Source: Bdellovibrionales bacterium
GTDB lineage: Bacteria > Bdellovibrionota > Bdellovibrionia > Bdellovibrionales > UBA1609
Direction of reading: 5' to 3'
Length of the DNA stretch: 64,000 nt
NCBI GenBank assembly: GCA_965203095.1
Contig: OZ241877.1
Location: 32,001-96,000 of the forward strand
Below the pieces are notes generated by a model. That model saw only the letters and a program-made list of their open reading frames with translations. It was not told the DNA's origin and did not search any database. Position numbers and translations under genes: made by a program. This document shows, piece after piece, positions 58,240-64,000 of this stretch; position 1 is the stretch's first letter, and each line of letters begins with the position of its first letter.

Positions 58240-60042
58240 TTAATTTTCAGATTTCATAAAGGCCATAAAAGCTTTTTGCGGGACCTCCACTCGCCCAATG
58301 GACTTCATTTTTCTTTTACCGGCTTTTTGTTTTTCCAGCAGTTTCTTTTTCCGAGTCACATCTCCGCCATAGAGCTTGGCCGTCACATCTTTTCGGTAAG
58401 CTCCTAAAGTTTCTCTGGCAATAATTTTTGATCCCACAGCGGTCTGGATAGCCACCTGAAATTGCTGACGAGGTATCAACTCCTTTAGTCGCTTAACCAT
58501 GATCCGCCCTCGCCCTTGTGTTTGTGAACGGTGGATAATTACAGATAAGCTATCCACGGCCTCCCCATTCAACAAAACATCCATTTTTACTAAATCTCCC
58601 GGCTCATAACCTGCTAACTCATAATCCATGGAGGCATAACCCTTAGACAAAGATTTTAAACGATCATGAAAATCCAAAATTATTTCACTTAAAGGGATTT
58701 TATATTTCAATATTACTCTGTGACTGGATATGTATTCCAAACCCTCTTGTTGCCCTCTCTTGCTTTCGCAAAGTTTAAGAAGATGACCAATGCAAAATGT
58801 TGGGGAATGAATTTGCAGGATAGCCACAGGCTCCTCTATACAGGCTATTTTTGTAGGATCAGGAAGTAGAGCTGGATTTTCCACATTTAAAATTTCAGCC
58901 TTTTTTTTAAGATGAACCTTGTAAATCACACTGGGTGCTGTGGCAATGAGATCTAACTCAAACTCTCTTTCCAACCTCTCTCGCACGATTTCCTGATGGA
59001 GCCATCCCAAAAAACCACAACGAAAACCAAAGCCTAAAGCCCTTGAGGACTCCATCTCATAACTCAAACTGGAGTCATTAAGAGAAAGTTTTTCCAAAGC
59101 TTTTTTTAGATGTTCAAAACCATCCGTATGAATGGGAAAAATCCCGGAATAAACCATAGGCTGAATCTTTTTAAAACCCTTTAAAGGAGGGACATCCTTG
59201 GAGTTTTTATGGACAATGCTATCCCCCACTCTCATATCTGCAATTTTTTTAATGCCTGTAATTACAAAACCGACCTCTCCGGCCCTCAACTCAGCCAACT
59301 CGGAGACAAAAGGGGTGAACACCCCCAACTTTAAAACCTCACACTCCCTGTTAGAACCTTTTAAACAGATGGAATCCCCTTTTTTGATAATCCCCTGTTT
59401 CACACAGCAAAGGGCCACAACCCCCTGGTAACTATCAAACCAAGAATCAAAAACCAAAGCTTGTAAAGGCTGGAAAGAATCTCCTGATGGGGGAGGAATT
59501 TTTTGTGCCACTGCCTCTAAAATCTCTTGAATGCCTTTTTTCTCCCTGGCACTGGCTAAAAGAATACTTTCTTCTTTTAAACCTATAAGATCTGTGATCT
59601 GCCTTTTAACTTCATCCACTCTTTGAGTGGGCAAATCAATTTTATTGATTACAGGGATAAGCTCTAAATTGTTTTCCAAAGCTAAAGCAGAATGAGCTAA
59701 AGTTTGTGCTTCCACACCTTGACTGGCATCCACTACCAAAAGGGCCCCCTCACAAGCAGAAAGAGAGCGGGAAACCTCGTAAGAAAAATCCACATGTCCC
59801 GGAGTGTCAATCAGATGAAATTGATAGATCTGGCCGTCTTTACTTTGAAAATTCAGCCTCACAGTTTGAGCTTTAATGGTGATCCCCCGTTCCCTTTCTA
59901 AATCCATCTGATCCAAAAAGCGATCCTTCCTACTTCGCTCGTCTAAGGCATGGGTCAGCTCCAAAAAACAGTCGGCTAAGCTGGACTTACCATGGTCAAT
60001 ATGAGCTATGATGGAAAAATTCCTAATTCGATCTAAAGGCAT
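58240..60042 (-). CDS. lepA: Elongation factor 4
   Basis: IRNFSIIAHIDHGKS, ERERGITIK, DTPGHVDFSYEVSRS, NKID, YGGDVTRKKKLLEKQK. Confidence 0.97.
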   Translation of the reverse strand: MPLDRIRNFSIIAHIDHGKSSLADCFLELTHALDERSRKDRFLDQMDLERERGITIKAQTVRLNFQSKDGQIYQFHLIDTPGHVDFSYEVSRSLSACEGALLVVDASQGVEAQTLAHSALALENNLELIPVINKIDLPTQRVDEVKRQITDLIGLKEESILLASAREKKGIQEILEAVAQKIPPPSGDSFQPLQALVFDSWFDSYQGVVALCCVKQGIIKKGDSICLKGSNRECEVLKLGVFTPFVSELAELRAGEVGFVITGIKKIADMRVGDSIVHKNSKDVPPLKGFKKIQPMVYSGIFPIHTDGFEHLKKALEKLSLNDSSLSYEMESSRALGFGFRCGFLGWLHQEIVRERLEREFELDLIATAPSVIYKVHLKKKAEILNVENPALLPDPTKIACIEEPVAILQIHSPTFCIGHLLKLCESKRGQQEGLEYISSHRVILKYKIPLSEIILDFHDRLKSLSKGYASMDYELAGYEPGDLVKMDVLLNGEAVDSLSVIIHRSQTQGRGRIMVKRLKELIPRQQFQVAIQTAVGSKIIARETLGAYRKDVTAKLYGGDVTRKKKLLEKQKAGKRKMKSIGRVEVPQKAFMAFMKSEN

Positions 60043-60100
60043 AAGTTTTTATAGAAAGTTGAGACAAATACATTAAAAATCCAGGGCAATAAAAGATCAG

Positions 60101-60289
60101 TTAATCCTTTTCATCCTCTAAAGGCAAGGATATTTGGCCAGAAAGTTTTTTATCATATTTTTTTAAAATCAAATCAATACCTTGGCGAATCAACTCAGAG
60201 ATGGGAATCTTTAAGCGATCATTTAGCTCTCTAAGTTGCCTTTGTTGCTTTTCTGTAATATAAATTGTAGTGGCTTGTTTTTTTGCCAT
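60101..60289 (-). CDS. Ribbon-helix-helix DNA-binding protein
   Basis: TTIYITEKQ beta-ribbon, IPISELIRQGIDL helix. Confidence 0.8.
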   Translation of the reverse strand: MAKKQATTIYITEKQQRQLRELNDRLKIPISELIRQGIDLILKKYDKKLSGQISLPLEDEKD

Positions 60290-60306
60290 GTTTTATAATG
60301 TTTTAA

Positions 60307-60383
60307 TGGCACGTCCGAGAGGATTTGAACCCCTAACCCCTGGATCCGAAGTCCAGTGCTCTATCCAGTTGAGCTACGGACGC
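60307..60383 (-). tRNA. tRNA-Arg(UCG)
   Basis: Minus strand GCGTCCGTAGCTCAACTGGATAGAGCA-CTGGA-CTTCGGA-TCCAG-GGGTTAGGGGTTCAAATCCTCTCGGACGTGCCA; cloverleaf with encoded CCA. Confidence 0.95.
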
Positions 60384-60547
60384 TGATTAAATTTTATATA
60401 CCTCTGAGATGGTTTAAACACTTCCTATCTTATTTAAGCTATTTTGTTGATATATGTCAAGATTTCCTGGCCAGCTTAAAAGAAGAAAACTTTTCATTAA
60501 ACACTTTTTTATAGACAAAAAGCCTTTTTTGTGTTATTTTTATAAAC

Positions 60548-60985
60548 ATGAAGTGGGCCTTTTATTTCTTTCTTATTTCTTTTTTACTGCCGGCCTGCTC
60601 CCATCTGAACACCACATGCAAAGCTATCAACTGGTATGAGTTGGGCCGACAAGATAGTGCGAAAGGTTTAAAAAAAAGCTCTATCTTTGAAAAGAGAAGG
60701 AAGGTTTGCCCTATTTCCCCTAACTCTATTTATGCTAAAGCTTATGACAATGGGTTTTCAGCAGGTTTAAGGGATTATTGTAGTTTTAAAACTGGCTATA
60801 TTTACAGCCTCTCTCAGATGAAAAGGGAGCTTGTTTCCGCCTGCCCGGAAAACTTAAAAATAGAGTTTATCAAAGGCTATGAGATAGGTTCTTACATGAA
60901 AGAGATCCAATCCCTCCAAAATGAAATTCAGGACAAAATTCAACGGGTGGCTAAAAAATTGGTTTCTATGGCAAACAAAAAATAG
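60548..60985 (+). CDS. DUF2799-like lipoprotein
   Basis: LLPAC lipobox, C...NWYELG.QD..KG, Y..GF..GLRDYC, GY.IG. Confidence 0.75.
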   Translation: MKWAFYFFLISFLLPACSHLNTTCKAINWYELGRQDSAKGLKKSSIFEKRRKVCPISPNSIYAKAYDNGFSAGLRDYCSFKTGYIYSLSQMKRELVSACPENLKIEFIKGYEIGSYMKEIQSLQNEIQDKIQRVAKKLVSMANKK

Positions 60986-61032
60986 TTCAGGTTCAAAAAA
61001 TAGGTTCAGGTTGATCTTAAGGGACGACTAAT

Positions 61033-61223
61033 TAGTCGCCTGTGAAAAACCTCTATAATTCACAGGGGATTCTTCAGTTTCTTTGCCCAAAAGCCACAGC
61101 ATTTCGGGACGGCAATACCTTGGACCCTCATGCCGTGGCCTTTGGGCAAAAGTCATTGAAAAGCCTGAGCCTGTAAAAGCAGGGGATGAGAGGGACTTAC
61201 TGAGGTTTTTTCACGGGGGACTA
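61033..61223 (-). mobile_element. Full-length family-A element, reverse orientation
   Basis: TAGTCGCCTGTGAAAAA...TTTTTTCACGGGGGACTA; core reverse complement at 61101..61131. Confidence 0.88.
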
Positions 61224-62270
61224 ATTATCGAATTTATCGAATTTCGTTAATGTTCTTTGTTTCTTTCTCTTAAAAGTTCTATAACAAGTACTCACAGCAC
61301 CAACAACTAATGGAACTCCTAAGATTTGTCCAGTCCCTTCAATTCTACTGGGTAGCCTGGAGGGAGAATCAAGAGATGGAAAAAAGTTTCCCACAAGAGT
61401 AGTATCTATACCGGCATCCAAGGTGATTATTTTGGCTATAAAAAATAGCACAGCAGTAGGCACACCAAATATAGCCATATTAGAGACAAAGAAAAATAAG
61501 CTATCTGATTGTACTTTCAATTTTTTAAGGGCAAAGTAGGTAGGAAAGTTTTCTTCTTGTTTAGCCAACTTAGAGAGGCGAGAAAGTTTTAAACTATTCT
61601 GTAAGGCTTGACTTCTTCCCGATATCGATAGTCCTCTCTGGAGTTGAGGTGCCTTTGAGTAAAGTTGAGGCGTCTTTGAGGGAGACAAATAGTTTTTATC
61701 AATATGTTCCACCACAAAACTGGTGCTCATCTTTGTATTTGGCAAGCCGTAAAAATGGCCAATAAGATCACGAGCGGGGCCTTCTAACAGATTATTAAGA
61801 GCTGTTTTTAGTTTTTCCCTATCTTTTAACAAAATGGCCTGGCCAATGGCTGTTTCTTCCATCTTAGGAACTTTTATCCACTCACCTCCCAGTTCGATTG
61901 AAGGAGAGATTCTACTAGAAAAAGAGGTATAACCAGACATTAAAAGCAGTAAAGCCTCTAACTCTTCAGAAAACTCTTTTTGGTGTTTTTTAGCTTTAAT
62001 TATTTGATGAATAATGCTGTCGCCTTTTTTATCCACATAAGAGATGGCAGTTATAAAATCCTCCACAGGGCCATCTAATAGCCGGCTCATCTCTTCTGAA
62101 TATTGGCTATAATCTGAATTTTTGACAGCCTCATAAATAGGAGAGGGTTTTAAAGTTTCTTCATACTCAACTATAGATTGATCCCAGCGGGATCCATCAA
62201 ATGGAAAAAAATTCGCCCCCATGCTATGGGAAGAAAAAATCAAAGTTAAAAGTAAAGTTAAAAACTTCAT
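61221..62270 (-). CDS. Exported hypothetical protein with C-terminal hydrophobic segments
   Basis: Signal peptide; weak internal repeat (LLDGPVED / LLEGPARD); TM-like C-terminus. Confidence 0.65.
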   Translation of the reverse strand: MKFLTLLLTLIFSSHSMGANFFPFDGSRWDQSIVEYEETLKPSPIYEAVKNSDYSQYSEEMSRLLDGPVEDFITAISYVDKKGDSIIHQIIKAKKHQKEFSEELEALLLLMSGYTSFSSRISPSIELGGEWIKVPKMEETAIGQAILLKDREKLKTALNNLLEGPARDLIGHFYGLPNTKMSTSFVVEHIDKNYLSPSKTPQLYSKAPQLQRGLSISGRSQALQNSLKLSRLSKLAKQEENFPTYFALKKLKVQSDSLFFFVSNMAIFGVPTAVLFFIAKIITLDAGIDTTLVGNFFPSLDSPSRLPSRIEGTGQILGVPLVVGAVSTCYRTFKRKKQRTLTKFDKFDN

Positions 62271-62422
62271 ATTTTGAGCCTATATTAAAAATGATTTTTA
62301 ATTTGTCAAAATAAAAAAAGAGATTTTGTAAATTTTTCACAAAATTTTAAAAAGCTTGAGTGGCCTCTTAGATACAAGCAGACTTAAAAAAACTTACGCC
62401 AGTTGTTCCCGCCAAACTTTGC

Positions 62423-63520
62423 TCAAAAAGCACTAATAAAGGATAAGCTTTGCTTTAAAAGATCCAACTGCTCTTTTGTGTGCTGAAAGTGAAGGCTCAA
62501 CCTTAAACCAGACCGGCCCTTAGGCACTGTGGGTTCTCGAATAGCGGGGATAAAAAAACCCTTCTGCTTTAACTTTCGCGAAAACTCTAAGGCGACTTTA
62601 GAATTTTTTAAAACAATAAAAAGAATGGGGCTTTCCGATAGGCTTAAGCCTAAATCTTTTCTTAACTGAAGAGCTTTTTGCCTGAGATTGAGGGCACGGT
62701 GCCTTTCTTTTTTTAAAACCCGCAAAACCGCCAACCACTGGAGCATAAGAAGAGGAGAAACAGCTGTGCTGTAAATAAAAGAACGGCAGTTGTTGATAAG
62801 ATATTTTTTTATCAAAACAGATGAGCCAACAAAAGCCCCCGAACAAGCTAAAGCCTTCCCTCCGGTATGAACGGTGACAATATGCTCTTTTTGTTTTAAA
62901 TCACTCACAAAACCTCCGAGGTTTTTCCCAAAAAGCCCTGTGCTGTGGGCTTCATCCACAAGTAAAAGAGCCTGATAAGCCTGTGCAAGGCGGGAAAGCT
63001 CTTCTAAGGGAGAAAAATCCCCCTCCATACTGAAAAGGCTTTCTGTGACGATCAATTTCCCTCCTTTTTCTTTTTTCAGTAAATCCTCAAGATGATTCCA
63101 ATCATTATGCCGAAAAATATGATAGGGCCTCCGGCTCAAACGAATGCCATCAATAAGGCTGGCATGACTTAGCTGATCGGAGAAGATCACCCTTTCCTTA
63201 GATAAAGCGGGAATAAGACCCAAATTGGCCTGATAGCCGGAACAAAAACTCAAAACTGCGGGCCGGCGGATAAATTGTGCCATTTGTTTTTCCGCTTGAA
63301 TATGATAAGGGCTTGTCCCCCCAATCAAACGGGAGGCCTTAGAAGACAAAGCCAACCCTTCCTCCCTCAGGCTTTTGATAAGATCTTTTTTAATCTCTGA
63401 ATGTTGGCTAAGATCCAAATAGTCATTAGAGCTAAAATCTATATCTTCTAAAGACCTGCATTTCCGGTAGAGGAGGTTTTGTTTTTTTTGCTCTATATCC
63501 TTTTTAAAAAAATCAAACAT
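62423..63520 (-). CDS. bioF: 8-amino-7-oxononanoate synthase
   Basis: DFSSNDYL, SGYQAN, HASLIDG, TESLFSMEGD, VDEAH, TGGKALA (PLP Lys). Confidence 0.92.
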   Translation of the reverse strand: MFDFFKKDIEQKKQNLLYRKCRSLEDIDFSSNDYLDLSQHSEIKKDLIKSLREEGLALSSKASRLIGGTSPYHIQAEKQMAQFIRRPAVLSFCSGYQANLGLIPALSKERVIFSDQLSHASLIDGIRLSRRPYHIFRHNDWNHLEDLLKKEKGGKLIVTESLFSMEGDFSPLEELSRLAQAYQALLLVDEAHSTGLFGKNLGGFVSDLKQKEHIVTVHTGGKALACSGAFVGSSVLIKKYLINNCRSFIYSTAVSPLLMLQWLAVLRVLKKERHRALNLRQKALQLRKDLGLSLSESPILFIVLKNSKVALEFSRKLKQKGFFIPAIREPTVPKGRSGLRLSLHFQHTKEQLDLLKQSLSFISAF

Positions 63521-63571
63521 TCTTCCCCTTTTACCTCAACAGAGCTTTTAAATAATTTTTCCCCATCAAGA

Positions 63572-64000
63572 TTATAAAAATTTTTGTTCCTTTAAATGGG
63601 ATAAAATTTTTTCTAAAAGTTCTTCTGGTGGATGGAGGGCATTCAATATCAACCATTTTTCAGAATAAGCTTTGGCCATTTTAAGGTAATAATCCCTCAC
63701 TCTTTGGTAAAAGGCGGGCCTTTCCTTTTCCATCCGATCCCGCAGGCCCTTTTTTAAAGAATAATGGCTTAAAAGAGGCAGTTGATCTTCTCTTGTTTTG
63801 GTTTTTTTTGAAGGGAGTCGCTTAAAAGCCTCCGCCACAGGCAGATCTAAAAGAATCCAAAGGTCTGGCTCACAACTCCCACAAATTTTTTGTTTTAAAA
63901 GCTGGATAAAAGCAGGATCCATCCCCTTCCCCCCACACTGATATGCCGAAGTGCTGGCATAATAACGATCGGATAAAACCCATTGGCCTTTTTCAAGGGC
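63572..64000 (-). CDS. tmk: Thymidylate kinase (5' end outside the window)
   Basis: Frame extends to the window edge: WVLSDRYYASTSAYQ, PDLWILLD, DRME, FYQRVRDYY. Confidence 0.88.
   Translation of the reverse strand, partial: ALEKGQWVLSDRYYASTSAYQCGGKGMDPAFIQLLKQKICGSCEPDLWILLDLPVAEAFKRLPSKKTKTREDQLPLLSHYSLKKGLRDRMEKERPAFYQRVRDYYLKMAKAYSEKWLILNALHPPEELLEKILSHLKEQKFL

Noticed and set aside
60101..60383. Integrative element at tRNA-Arg (RHH gene just downstream)
   Set aside because: No integrase and no duplicated tRNA 3' end seen; the RHH gene leads directly into lepA like a core operon.

Overview
Bacterial chromosomal window, standard code 11. Gene content and protein style (PilT ATPase, many orphan lipoproteins, paired Cys-rich exported proteins, sigma28-like promoters) suggest a Bdellovibrionota-like organism; this is an inference. 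The backbone is housekeeping: aconitase, 2-oxoacid dehydrogenase E1 alpha/beta, S41 protease, CCA enzyme, Nfu, icd, metG, pheT/pheS, uvrA, folE2, rpoZ, AmpD-type amidase, lipB, dnaE, rpsD, lepA, tRNA-Arg(UCG), bioF and a partial tmk. Accessory content includes a defence cassette (HsdR, fused HsdM-HsdS, RloC-like ATPase/HEPN, single-chain DarT-DarG) bracketed by two direct copies of a 74-bp inverted-repeat element, followed by an NlaIII/IceA-like type II RM pair. There is also an Rpn nuclease with an internal start, tandem PD-(D/E)XK coiled-coil paralogs, and ankyrin and pentapeptide genes. Two observations stand out. (1) A dispersed, modular MITE-like family carries a near-invariant 31-nt loop on long stems whose sequences differ between copies but stay complementary. 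(2) An operon STAS - type II glutamine synthetase - catalytically stripped circularly permuted ATP-grasp - alpha-E lies divergent from an RsbW-like kinase. All calls come from reading the sequence; no database searches were run.
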